From Candidatus Nanoarchaeia archaeon (lineage in GTDB: Archaea; Nanobdellota; Nanobdellia; SCGC-AAA011-G17; DATDVL01), in assembly GCA_035289925.1 (NCBI GenBank), contig DATDVR010000008.1, positions 849 to 64,848 on the forward strand: 64,000 nt of DNA, in the 5' to 3' direction. A program made the translations under genes and the position numbers. A model generated the notes under the pieces. That model was not told where the DNA came from. It saw only the letters and a list, made by a program, of their open reading frames with translations, and did not search any database. This document shows positions 10,201-19,008 of this stretch, piece by piece; positions within the stretch are counted from its first letter, which is position 1; every line of letters starts with the position of its first letter.

Positions 10201-10716
10201 AATTGCTGTTCCGTTCAATGTAATTTTATCTAAAGATCTTATATCAGCAAAGGAAGTTTCATTTTCAAGATGGCTTCCAATTTTCTTTCTAAATCCAAAT
10301 ATGTTGTAATCATAGTCGCAATACTCCATAGTCACGCCTAATTCCTCTTCATAGTTACACTTTAAAGCATAATCATTGACTTCTTTTGTTTTTAACTGCT
10401 CAAGATATATATTATTATTGGAATAAAAGGAATCTAATCCGCCATTGGATATTATTTTATGGATATCTTTACTTGAGTCGAGCAAAAAATTGATTCCATT
10501 TATTGACAATATAAACTCGCACTTCTGCCTGAAGTCATTCAAAGAAGTTCTGTTATAATATCCGCTGCAGGTAATATCTTCTGGATTATATTTAAAAATA
10601 AGTCCATCTTCATTTATGCCAACTGCTTTATCTTCCCTAAATAAAACGGCAGATGTACTTAAGCTTAGCAAAGCTAATAAAAACATTGTAGTTATTGTTA
10701 ATTTATAGTTTCTCAT
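7204..10716 (-). CDS. giant secreted surface protein with a LamG/concanavalin-A-like lectin domain
   Basis: Has a signal peptide (TTMFLLALLSLSTSAV). The LamG_3-type motif LNGTMDEVIIWNRSLSPSEIEKMY is present, as are D.DGDNLTY motifs. NxS/T sequons are very dense. It overlaps the upstream gene by 4 nt. Confidence 0.7.
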   Translation of the reverse strand: MRNYKLTITTMFLLALLSLSTSAVLFREDKAVGINEDGLIFKYNPEDITCSGYYNRTSLNDFRQKCEFILSINGINFLLDSSKDIHKIISNGGLDSFYSNNNIYLEQLKTKEVNDYALKCNYEEELGVTMEYCDYDYNIFGFRKKIGSHLENETSFADIRSLDKITLNGTAILHGFFMVPYNTKDNYNVSTYINNKEYLIPYPTYNTSTQTDFDEGTYYNTTSNASGYVVLANSTSYQIPYYSYGNYTSRIYAGGMSWDNLTFTTPIKYGQQMNMSNSIVLLMHLNNGAGENATFFKDETGKNNGTCSFGYCPTYNISGRFLSAYTFNTSNKTHITVKYNKSLDFNGSFSISAWVKKYDNSTTTYLVRKPAHYWLRITTGNNASFAIINASNVGKVAVSNTSITKDSWAHLVGVFNHTSDELKIYLNGRETGNRSIIGKLANNTQVLLIGYNESIGTDHSLNGTMDEVIIWNRSLSPSEIEKMYVQGAVSLKMQARICEDTCDSEAFIGPDGNADSYFENESQFYILNKSFFSNKTLFQYANYFNTENTDFTPALDEVYLEYVKETLPPNMTLNSPANSSAFNNNFIAFNVTIADNSIIKNVTLFGDFTGVFSENQTNYTEIKKSDFIFYLNLTNAGIYHWAIVSCDIVNNCNTSQTFEFTLDNLPPGISNELYFPQQVTKENMISFTASIDDPSGVDTVFFSENSSGQFKNWTVTDIDYLFSLGIGNYSRGQNVSWRYYANDSLNNLGQGTLHSFYVYNSIPEFETDPLDPSKPAITNPRNSSISDLTPSINWSNAVDSDGDNLTYYGRVNLNTSSGPTVYTFNVVSGVDETKFNISTTLNRTITYYVLLNPSDGIANGTFTQSYFKVNGLPTFNLINITINEDTNLTLNLSGNVSDFNDTDSMLEWTFTLNDTTKFNLTIENGTNIINISTYPNQYGKVELNLTAFDSLKEQNSTTIIVNVAGINDMPLTVLINPLNNSLDSTGNITFIANNSDAEGLNNASLYINISGVWQLNQTIAIDGNYNKSLFEVKNLPTNSYLWNVKTCDTNNLCAFSEINFTIKVELSANETDAEQAIVEGIRNSAINGSQLEYLEQAIYARNQFNSQMLGVFDVVTRLNNQTWAFNYISENETFLNMFNITPVLNVLELSNASTAAIKNRIITFINQTKQ

Positions 10717-13700
10717 GGAACCACCGTGCTAATTGTCTTTGAATCTGATATAGTTGAATTGAAGATAATGGCTTTTACAGTCTTGTTTCCAGACTGGGTA
10801 TAATTGTTTTCTATAAAGAAGAATATACTCTCGCTGCCAGTAAAGTTGAATAGTTGAGTGCTGTTAATTAAATTATCCGAAGTGTTTAGAGACCACGATA
10901 AATTCGCTATTTTATAAATCTCAATATTCAATCCAAGAAATTCAAATATAAAGTTTTTTCCAGAGGAGTTTGTAACAGATAAATTCGCTATATTAAAGGT
11001 TGGTGTTGGAGGAAATGTAAGATTTATATTTAAAGTCATGTTCATTCTAGGTTGCAGGTAATCTGAAAATAATTGGCTTCCATTTATGTCAGAAGCGCTG
11101 CATCTAACCATAACTCCATCCTGAGCGCTTACATTTATGAAATTCCAGGATACATTTTTATCTTTTGTATGATTTCCTACTCTTTCCCAATAGTGCTGGT
11201 TTGACTGGTATGTGATGTTAATATCATAGTATGTTAAATTGCCCCTATTGTCAGAATGGAAAACTACCGGAACTGAGCAATTCCCATACTGATCAGGAGT
11301 GCAATCAAAAAGATAATTGTTAATTTCTCTAGATAAGTCGGCAGTAAATTGAGGAGAATTATTCGAATCAAAAGTGCCTGCAAGCAGCCATTCATTAGTT
11401 TCGTCTGCTCCAATGTTTAATGACGGATTGAAAATCGTATTGTTTATTTCATAGCTTATGTTCATATAAATTCTCTTTGATGTATCAATTGAGTATTCCT
11501 TGCTCCAAAAAATCATATAATTCCCCTCAGCTTGATTTCCAGCAGAACCTTCAGCAACCCAGACAACAGATACTTTGTTGCTGTCATTTCCTAGCGCAGC
11601 ATTCAAAGCCTTAACAACATCTGCAAATACCCATCCCAAACTGCCAGCCCCCCCTATATCTCTGTCAACAGTAACATTGACTAAGAACCCTAAACTTGGC
11701 TTATTTGAATAAACTAAATTTTCCTCTTTCCACGTTACATTTGATGAATAATAAAGTTTAAGCCTTCTAGGTGGGAATTTCCTGTTTTCACGTTCATATC
11801 CAGCAATAAAAGCGCTAGTTATATTTGCACTTTCTTGTAAGTTTGTAATGTTAAACACTAACCAAGTCCATGTTTCCCCTACATTTGGATCTTCTTTAGT
11901 CTGGTTTGAGACAAATAACTCTGTTAGTGAGCCGTAATTAGTATTTATTTTTGAATTACCATCCGCATTAGCACCATTGGTAAAAGTATCTTCCAGTAAT
12001 TCAGTATCAGGAGTTTTTAGCTGCATATTTCCAGACTCGTAAGTTACATTGCTCTTTAGAACTACCTGCGCAAAATTTACAGTTATGTTCTTAGGCAATG
12101 TAATATATCTAGTGATGTTCTCATCACCAGTAAAAGACAAGTTTTCTTCAGCTAATCCATTTGAAAAAGTATTGATATAACCGCTAGAAACATTAGTGCT
12201 GTGGTTGTAGAAGGCATCAACAAAGTAAGTTATATTATCATTTTCTGGATCTATACTGCCATTGCACATTATGTCAAACTGATTGAAAAAAGTCTCATTT
12301 GTAATGCATAAATTAGTGTTACAGAAAATTTCAGATGGTGTTGTAGGCTCATTCTGGTTTGTAATCCCATAAGTATCAATGTTATTTGTTTCATTTAACT
12401 CTTCAATAAAGTCGTCAAAGTCAGCTATTGCGACTATTTTTGATGATATATTTGTAGCATTTATCTGATAAATAAAAGATTGTGAAGTATTGATATTAGG
12501 TATTAAAGAGGTGTTTGAATAAGATTCATTGTCAAAAACATCAACGAAAACATTGAAAGCTGGTGCATTGCCTTTATTGGTAACGTTAATCTGCAATGTT
12601 GCATCTCTGGCAGCAGTAAAGCTAACATTTAAATCTAGAATAAAATCTGGAAGCGGAGGCGCTGCAAATCCCAAGTAAGAATAAGCGTTTGTAATATAAG
12701 GCTCAAATACAAAGTCTACTTGTTTGTTGTTCTTCGAAAGATTTGCATACTGAATTAAGTAAGGTCCGTCAACTTTTGCGTAATGTATTACAGTGGCATT
12801 TATCCTTGACCTAAATACTTGTAATCCAGTGGTTGTAAAGTTGGTAGCGTTAGTGTAATTTAAGACGAAATTATTAAACAAATCTGACAAAGAATATTCA
12901 ATAGTATGCACTCCGATATCTTTTATGTTTACAGTAAAGTTCAGATCAAAATATTCTGTAATATTGTCATTCTGCAAGTCAAGAGCAGAATCAGAATAAT
13001 TGTAGAAATAGGAGGTTTTTGCAAAGTCTTCGTAATTATATGACGATGTAGTATGATTCGTATCTATCAATAAATCTCCTATTGCAACATTGTCGATAAG
13101 ATAAGTGCCACTGTAATGTGTGCTCTTTATGGTCTCATTGTCAAAATAAATGTTTAAAGTGTTTGAGCCAGCAGCCATATTATAAAGAGAAGTTGATGAT
13201 ATGCTTTTATTGCTATAATCCATGAAAACAGTGACATTTACATTGCCTAAGCTTTCATTGGCGTTAACACTTAGGGTAATCTTGATAAAGCTCGAGGTAT
13301 TTACGGCAGAATCAGTAATTGAAGTAATGCCCAAAAGCTGCGCATAATTTAAAATTGTCAAAGGAATCTTCTCTCTTTTGAAAACGAGGCTATCTGTAGT
13401 ATTATAGACAATGACAGAATAATTAAATACTGTGCCACTCAACAAAGAAGTCCTTAAGCTTATATTCACGTTTGAATCAGACGAGCTGACAAACTTGCTT
13501 GTTGTGTTTGATATTGTAGTATTCTTGTCGAACAAAGAAACGATGAAAGTATAATTAGTTGAATTAGTGGCATCCGTTATCAAAGTGAATAAAATTGTAT
13601 CATTCTTCCCATCATTGTTAATATCTTTCGCAATCCCTGTAGTGTTTGTAATATTTATTGTCCCATCATAAAAATCAAAGTTATAGGAAGCTACTAATTC

Positions 13701-13778
13701 TTCTAAAGTTAATGAAGCTACAGCTAATGAAAATGTTGCTAATAATATTGTTATTAATATTAATTTATTCAACTTCAT
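10713..13778 (-). CDS. giant secreted surface protein with a CARDB-like domain
   Basis: Has a signal peptide (KLILITILLATFSLAVA). The CARDB signature is NVTNKGNAPAFNVFVDVF...DFDDFIEELNETNN. The protein is Asn-rich and sequon-rich. Confidence 0.7.
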   Translation of the reverse strand: MKLNKLILITILLATFSLAVASLTLEELVASYNFDFYDGTINITNTTGIAKDINNDGKNDTILFTLITDATNSTNYTFIVSLFDKNTTISNTTSKFVSSSDSNVNISLRTSLLSGTVFNYSVIVYNTTDSLVFKREKIPLTILNYAQLLGITSITDSAVNTSSFIKITLSVNANESLGNVNVTVFMDYSNKSISSTSLYNMAAGSNTLNIYFDNETIKSTHYSGTYLIDNVAIGDLLIDTNHTTSSYNYEDFAKTSYFYNYSDSALDLQNDNITEYFDLNFTVNIKDIGVHTIEYSLSDLFNNFVLNYTNATNFTTTGLQVFRSRINATVIHYAKVDGPYLIQYANLSKNNKQVDFVFEPYITNAYSYLGFAAPPLPDFILDLNVSFTAARDATLQINVTNKGNAPAFNVFVDVFDNESYSNTSLIPNINTSQSFIYQINATNISSKIVAIADFDDFIEELNETNNIDTYGITNQNEPTTPSEIFCNTNLCITNETFFNQFDIMCNGSIDPENDNITYFVDAFYNHSTNVSSGYINTFSNGLAEENLSFTGDENITRYITLPKNITVNFAQVVLKSNVTYESGNMQLKTPDTELLEDTFTNGANADGNSKINTNYGSLTELFVSNQTKEDPNVGETWTWLVFNITNLQESANITSAFIAGYERENRKFPPRRLKLYYSSNVTWKEENLVYSNKPSLGFLVNVTVDRDIGGAGSLGWVFADVVKALNAALGNDSNKVSVVWVAEGSAGNQAEGNYMIFWSKEYSIDTSKRIYMNISYEINNTIFNPSLNIGADETNEWLLAGTFDSNNSPQFTADLSREINNYLFDCTPDQYGNCSVPVVFHSDNRGNLTYYDINITYQSNQHYWERVGNHTKDKNVSWNFINVSAQDGVMVRCSASDINGSQLFSDYLQPRMNMTLNINLTFPPTPTFNIANLSVTNSSGKNFIFEFLGLNIEIYKIANLSWSLNTSDNLINSTQLFNFTGSESIFFFIENNYTQSGNKTVKAIIFNSTISDSKTISTVVP

Positions 13779-13932
13779 TATTTACCTCTTTTCTGCATCC
13801 ATTTGAAAATCCAACATAGTCTGCCTTGTCTAAGGAAGGATTTGCATTTAAGACACCATCCCTTTCTGAGTAAGCTAAAGCTGCAGAAACTGAAGCTAAG
13901 CTTACAAGTAAAAAGAGAAAAATACGCTTCAT
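13765..13932 (-). pseudogene. orphan fragment of the lipase-like paralogs (signal peptide fused to an internal segment, truncated at the GFSNGC elbow)
   Basis: Translates MKRIFLFLLVSLASVSAALAYSERDGVLNANPSLDKADYVGFSNGCRKEVNNEVE*. Compared with the 14243-15226 product, it lacks about 85 aa between the signal peptide (SLASV) and PASVSAALAY. It ends just after the GxSxG motif. Its ATG overlaps the stop of the 13929-14231 gene (ATGA). Confidence 0.6.
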
Positions 13933-14231
13933 CTTCCGCCTCGTAGTTTTTTGATTATAAGAGCAACTAAATAGAATAAAAGACCATATGTAAATGGTGC
14001 TGTAAAAAATACTAATCCATAAACGATAAGGCAACCTAAATCATTAGTACAATTACTTAAAGTATATATTAATAGTAAAATTGGGTACTGCACATCGAAT
14101 ATAAAAAAACCAGTCACAACTTTAATAATATTGATATCAGCAAATGTTGCTCCAAGAATAGAAATTATTAGACCAAATATAAAACCAAATATAAAATATT
14201 TAGCATTTGATTTAAATTTTATTTTTTTCAT
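13929..14231 (-). CDS. small polytopic membrane protein (about 3 TM, basic C-terminus)
   Basis: 100 aa and hydrophobic, ending KKLRGGR. It occupies the same position and has the same size and topology as the 15223-15504 gene. Confidence 0.55.
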   Translation of the reverse strand: MKKIKFKSNAKYFIFGFIFGLIISILGATFADINIIKVVTGFFIFDVQYPILLLIYTLSNCTNDLGCLIVYGLVFFTAPFTYGLLFYLVALIIKKLRGGR

Positions 14232-14242
14232 TTTTATTCCTC

Positions 14243-15226
14243 CTATTGTCCACTTAATAAAAAGTAATTTCTTTCATAATTAGTAAGTGACTCATTATTC
14301 AAAGTTTTTCTAATAAAACTCTTTGTCCATTCATTATTTGTTAATCCCAAATGTGAAGTGCCAGCAATTCCCACTCTTCTTTTATTGTTTGAATTAACAT
14401 TGCTATAAATTGCTTGCTGGTCTGAAAGTGTTACAACGCCATCATTACCGAAGGGATAACCAACAATTTGCCCCTCAATTAAAGCAAATTTGTTTAAAAA
14501 TAAACTAGAAGCTGGTTGACTATCAACACTTGACTCAACCCAATTTATATATTGTTCCCATAATTTTAAAGAAATTTTAGAATTATTATTATCAGAGATC
14601 ATATTTTTCTCACCAAGCAAACCAGATTTAACTATCTCAGGTAGAGTTACATGAGTTTTTCCTTTTGATCTTAAATTTTTTAAACTATCCTCACCAGAAA
14701 ATTTAATTAAAGTCTTAGCAACACTATCACCTTCAAAAGCACCAGGACACGCAACCCCAACAAAAGTATCTATTGGAGAAGCTGGAAGTGATGTATCTAC
14801 AATCAGGCTTTTAGTCTCATTCTCAATCTTCCAGTTGTTGCTGTATCCACTTCCATGCTCTTTTAAAGAATCTAAAGCAACCCTGCATCCATTTGAAAAT
14901 CCAACATAGTCAGCCTTATCCAATGAAGGATTGTACTTCAATACTCCATCTCTTTCCGAATAAGCTAAAGCTGCAGAAACTGAAGCTGGCCACCAGTCGT
15001 CTTTCAAGGTTTCATAGGTGTAATCTGGACATGTGTCGCATTCTTCATTTGGCCCTCCAGTAACTTCAATCATCCATCCTTCTCTTCCTGTATTAGCCAT
15101 CTCGTTGGAAAACTCTTGCCATTTGAACAAGTTATTCCACAAGCCTCCTGAATAAATGACTGGCTTTGCTCTTGCTGTGGCAACAGAAGCTAAACTTACA
15201 AAGAGGAAAAAAGAAAAAAATCTCAT
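14243..15226 (-). CDS. secreted alpha/beta-hydrolase-like protein (lipase/esterase GxSxG)
   Basis: Has a signal peptide (MRFFSFFLFVSLASVATA) and the nucleophile-elbow motif YVGFSNGCRVAL. It is paralogous to the C-terminal ~335 aa of the 15514-19008 product. Its ATG overlaps the stop of the 15223-15504 gene (ATGA). Confidence 0.6.
   Translation of the reverse strand: MRFFSFFLFVSLASVATARAKPVIYSGGLWNNLFKWQEFSNEMANTGREGWMIEVTGGPNEECDTCPDYTYETLKDDWWPASVSAALAYSERDGVLKYNPSLDKADYVGFSNGCRVALDSLKEHGSGYSNNWKIENETKSLIVDTSLPASPIDTFVGVACPGAFEGDSVAKTLIKFSGEDSLKNLRSKGKTHVTLPEIVKSGLLGEKNMISDNNNSKISLKLWEQYINWVESSVDSQPASSLFLNKFALIEGQIVGYPFGNDGVVTLSDQQAIYSNVNSNNKRRVGIAGTSHLGLTNNEWTKSFIRKTLNNESLTNYERNYFLLSGQ
15054..15178. 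repeat. 125-nt near-identical segment shared with 16346-16470
   Basis: Aligned base by base by eye, the copies differ at 2 positions in 125. The segment encodes KPVIYSGGLWNNLFKWQEFSNEMANTGREGWMIEVTGG in both paralogs. Confidence 0.9.
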
Positions 15227-15504
15227 CTTTTTCTCCCTAGTTTATTCTTAATTTTCAAGAAAAGCCATGTTAATAGCATGCCTATAAGGAACCAAAATAG
15301 AATATTAAAAATAAAAAATAATACTCTATTATCTTTATCAATTAAATTTGTCGTAATAGCACCGGGGTATAAAAAAACTAAGAATATTGCACAAAGAAGA
15401 AATAAAGTATTTACACAACTATCAGATAAAGCAAACATAGTAATGAATAATATCATTATGACCATTATTACCCCACCAAATATTATTTTATATTTATTTT
15501 CCAT
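15223..15504 (-). CDS. small polytopic membrane protein (about 3 TM, basic C-terminus)
   Basis: 93 aa and hydrophobic, ending KNKLGRKR. It lies between the two lipase-like genes. Confidence 0.55.
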   Translation of the reverse strand: MENKYKIIFGGVIMVIMILFITMFALSDSCVNTLFLLCAIFLVFLYPGAITTNLIDKDNRVLFFIFNILFWFLIGMLLTWLFLKIKNKLGRKR

Positions 15505-15513
15505 TTTTTCCTC

Positions 15514-18500
15514 CTAATTAGTCTTCTGTTTAACATAAAGATTAATCTCATCTTTTGTCAAAGATTCATTATTCAATATTTTCTTAATAAGTACCATATT
15601 CGTTCTACTCTCAACCATAAAATTATGTGAATAAAAATTAGATAAGTAAACTTTATTATTGGAATTTATATTGTTATAAATAGCCTGAGCATCATTAGTT
15701 GTGACAACATCATCATTACTATTATTTGTAGCTTTCCCTCTAAATGAACCTTCTAATATCGCAAACTTATTAAAAGAAACTCCAGAACCTGGTTGGCTAT
15801 CATTAGTTTTAGTAGCCCAATCGTTATACTGACTAAATAAATTAACAGAAATTTTATTATCCTTATTCCCATTATCTAATAAACCAAATAAATAATCACC
15901 AACAATAGGCAAAGCAATTGCAACAAATTGATTTCTAGTTGCATGATTAATATTTTTAGTTCTAAGATTATTTATTGTTAAACTACCAGCTAACTTAAAT
16001 CCACTTTTGAATACAGAATCCCCTTCAAACGCGCCAGGGCATCCAACCCCAACAAAAGTGTCTATGGGAGATGAAGGCAGTGAAGTGTCAAGCACCAAAT
16101 CCCCATCTATATCTTCCCTCTTCCAGTTGTTAGAGTATCCTGCACCATGCTCGCTTAACGAATCTAAAGCAACTCGACATCCATTTGAAAATCCTACATA
16201 ATCTGCCTTGTCCAGGGAAGGATTTGCATTCAGCACTCCATTAGTTTCTGAGTAAGCTAGAGCTGCTGCAACAGAAGCTGGCCAGTAGTCATCAACTAAA
16301 TCATCATAAGTGTAGTCCTTGCAGGTGTCGCATTCCTCGTTAGGACCTCCAGTAACTTCTATCATCCATCCTTCTCTTCCTGTATTAGCCATCTCGTTGG
16401 AAAACTCTTGCCATTTGAACAAGTTATTCCACAAGCCTCCTGAGTAAATGACTGGCTTTGCTCTTGCTGTTGCGTCTAAAAACTTATTTGATTTTGTTGC
16501 TTTTACCTGTTTCAATCTTAGAACTGTGTTGTCATTTGTTTTGACATTCTTCAAGTCTTCCTGGAAAGTATTATGCAAACTGTTATTAACGATGAGCATG
16601 AAATTATTATTGTCCTGGCTGTAGTATTTCTGCTGTGTTTCGTTTGCATGCATGTAGTCTGATATTGAGATTGCTTTCACGTCTAAATTGTTAATGTATT
16701 CAGAATTCTCAGTACCTATCTTGGCAAAGTATTTTCCTTGATTTTCAACAAATCTTTTTACTGCTGCTATTGTTCCGTCTATTTCTGTTCCGTAAATCAA
16801 TATGTAATTAGTGCTTCCCTGCTTAAATCCTGCAACGACTCCATTGTAAGGATAAATTCCTTTCTTCCCTTCATAATCCAAGTATCTGTCTTTCTTGTTT
16901 ACCTGGAACTTCTTCTTAAGCCCATAGGTAAAGTCATTAATTGAGCTTGTAGGTGAAGGCTTTCCAACTTTTAAAGTAACGTCCTGCCCAGAACAAGAGC
17001 TTAATATTTCAACATTGTTCAATACTCCATTCTTCTTTAAGTAATTAGTTATAATATCATCAATTTTTCTTAAGTTTGTATTTATGTCAAAGCATACTTT
17101 AGGAACTTTTCCCTTGTATTTATTCACTTCGTTATTGTTCCTGTTCTCATCTCCGCTTTTAGAATTTGGATCAACAACGACCTTAAAGCTAAAAAGATTA
17201 TTCCCATTAAGAGGCACGCTTACTAATTTTGAAGAATAAGAAGATAAGGAAGCAGTTACTGTCCTGCTGTCAATCTTTCTGTTGTCCTTGTCAAAGCCAG
17301 TAAAGCTTACCTCAAGGTTTGAAGGTGCTAGGTTCTCTGTTCTTACCAAAGCAGAGACATTCACGCTTGAAGATGAAATATCAGCCAGGCTTACATCTTC
17401 AGCATTTAGCAAAACGTCTTTTTTATTTAAGCAAATCTGGCAGTTAAAGCTCAAGCTTTCAGTCTCGCCTTCAATGTCAATCGCAGCCTGTTTGGTCTGG
17501 CAGACAGTGGAGGCATCAGAGCATTTTACTTGTATGCTTTGCAGTTCACCGCAATTGTAGTTGCTCAAGCTTAATGATTTGTAGCCATTTGAATCTGATT
17601 GTCCTTGTGAATTTGAATTTAAGTAAACATAGGTGCTTGCAACGCTGCTTCCGTCATTGTCTTGGGATAATACATTTAAGGTTCCTGAGCATTTTTGTGC
17701 AGCTGCTCCGCCACATTTTCCAGAAGTGCAAGTTCCTGTGCTACAATCAGAAGCCTCATCACAAGTTAGTCCATCGCTTATTTTGGCCTGACAAGTTGAA
17801 TCGCATCTTCCAGAGTCACATTGACTGTTGTCGTTGCTTGTGCAAGTTTCGCCATTATTTCCATTTGTGCATATTTTAGTTCCAATAGAGCCCATGCAGT
17901 CATAGCCCCCATTGTCGTTCCAGCACTGTGAATTTGAAGTGCATGTAGCATATTTATTTAGTTTGCAAATATCAAGAGAAGTAAAAGAATCGTCACGGAC
18001 TTTCTCTAAATCTCTATCACATATATAATTAGCATCTAAGTCTGAGCTACAACTTTTACTTTCAGTATCAGTACCGCCAATAACCCCCCTCCCACCACAA
18101 GATTTAACATTAGTCTTCTTAGTAGTCACGGTCAAAGAAAAACTATCAGAACCATCAGACGAACATTTTGAAGTGTATTCTGTACCTGTGCTACCGCATT
18201 TTCCAGAAAAACATTGTTTATCAGCAGTACAAGCATTATAGTCTTCAGTCCCATCAGCAATGCTACAAGGATTTAACAGAGAGGCAGTCCTTGAACTAGA
18301 CTCAACATCATCATGGTTATCGTGGTTATCATTCTCGTCACATACAGTATAGTAAGGGTTTGGGCACTGGTTAAACTTTATATCTTTCCATGGAAGAGAA
18401 CTACTATACCTACCTTGCGAATAATAATGGTAAGTAAGTCCACTACAATCTAATTTTTTTCTATCTACAATATAAAATGTTTGGTAAATATACCCTGATC

Positions 18501-19008
18501 TTCCCCTCTTTCCAGCAGAATTATCGCAATCGTAATAAACCTCAGCTCTAGCATCGTATCTTTTTTTTGTTGAAGTATCAACGCCATCGCAAGTAGCGCA
18601 TATTCTCGAAGGCAGACCATCAATACCAATCCTACAGTCACTCTCAAGTTTACAGCCAGCTTTCCAAGTAGACGACATCCCCCCAGGGATACTGAAAGAA
18701 GAATTACAAGAGTTTGCATTACAACCCCCACCTCCGCAACCCCCACCAGTACTATTATCCCAATAACAATTGTCCCATCGTCCATTACTGTCCCAATCAT
18801 AACATACCATATCAGCTTCTGTATTAGTTATATCAATTAATTTTGGTAACACTTCATCATCAACAAATGCGATACTATCAGAAGTGCTACTGCCCACACT
18901 ACTATCACTACCCCACTCATCTATCATTGAGATAGAAAGGGCATTAACTGCTAAAACATGAAATACGACTAAAATTAGGATTAACAACATCCTTTTTTTG
19001 TACATCAT
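15514..19008 (-). CDS. giant secreted Cys-rich surface protein with a C-terminal lipase-like alpha/beta-hydrolase domain
   Basis: Has a signal peptide (LLILILVVFHVLAVNA) and long Cys-rich repeats (for example CTSNDNSQCDSGRCDSTC). A CARDB-like segment ends DENRNNNEV. The C-terminal domain is homologous to the 14243-15226 product and contains YVGFSNGCRVAL. Confidence 0.7.
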   Translation of the reverse strand: MMYKKRMLLILILVVFHVLAVNALSISMIDEWGSDSSVGSSTSDSIAFVDDEVLPKLIDITNTEADMVCYDWDSNGRWDNCYWDNSTGGGCGGGGCNANSCNSSFSIPGGMSSTWKAGCKLESDCRIGIDGLPSRICATCDGVDTSTKKRYDARAEVYYDCDNSAGKRGRSGYIYQTFYIVDRKKLDCSGLTYHYYSQGRYSSSLPWKDIKFNQCPNPYYTVCDENDNHDNHDDVESSSRTASLLNPCSIADGTEDYNACTADKQCFSGKCGSTGTEYTSKCSSDGSDSFSLTVTTKKTNVKSCGGRGVIGGTDTESKSCSSDLDANYICDRDLEKVRDDSFTSLDICKLNKYATCTSNSQCWNDNGGYDCMGSIGTKICTNGNNGETCTSNDNSQCDSGRCDSTCQAKISDGLTCDEASDCSTGTCTSGKCGGAAAQKCSGTLNVLSQDNDGSSVASTYVYLNSNSQGQSDSNGYKSLSLSNYNCGELQSIQVKCSDASTVCQTKQAAIDIEGETESLSFNCQICLNKKDVLLNAEDVSLADISSSSVNVSALVRTENLAPSNLEVSFTGFDKDNRKIDSRTVTASLSSYSSKLVSVPLNGNNLFSFKVVVDPNSKSGDENRNNNEVNKYKGKVPKVCFDINTNLRKIDDIITNYLKKNGVLNNVEILSSCSGQDVTLKVGKPSPTSSINDFTYGLKKKFQVNKKDRYLDYEGKKGIYPYNGVVAGFKQGSTNYILIYGTEIDGTIAAVKRFVENQGKYFAKIGTENSEYINNLDVKAISISDYMHANETQQKYYSQDNNNFMLIVNNSLHNTFQEDLKNVKTNDNTVLRLKQVKATKSNKFLDATARAKPVIYSGGLWNNLFKWQEFSNEMANTGREGWMIEVTGGPNEECDTCKDYTYDDLVDDYWPASVAAALAYSETNGVLNANPSLDKADYVGFSNGCRVALDSLSEHGAGYSNNWKREDIDGDLVLDTSLPSSPIDTFVGVGCPGAFEGDSVFKSGFKLAGSLTINNLRTKNINHATRNQFVAIALPIVGDYLFGLLDNGNKDNKISVNLFSQYNDWATKTNDSQPGSGVSFNKFAILEGSFRGKATNNSNDDVVTTNDAQAIYNNINSNNKVYLSNFYSHNFMVESRTNMVLIKKILNNESLTKDEINLYVKQKTN
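16346..16470. repeat. 125-nt near-identical segment shared with 15054-15178
   Basis: See the partner copy at 15054-15178. Confidence 0.9.

Noticed and set aside
17282-18800. ORFs 17282-17560, 17574-17879 (plus strand) and 18465-18800 (minus strand, other frame) within the giant Cys-rich gene
   Set aside because: They are embedded in a 1164-aa ORF that has a signal peptide and recognisable domains. Their translations have no features.
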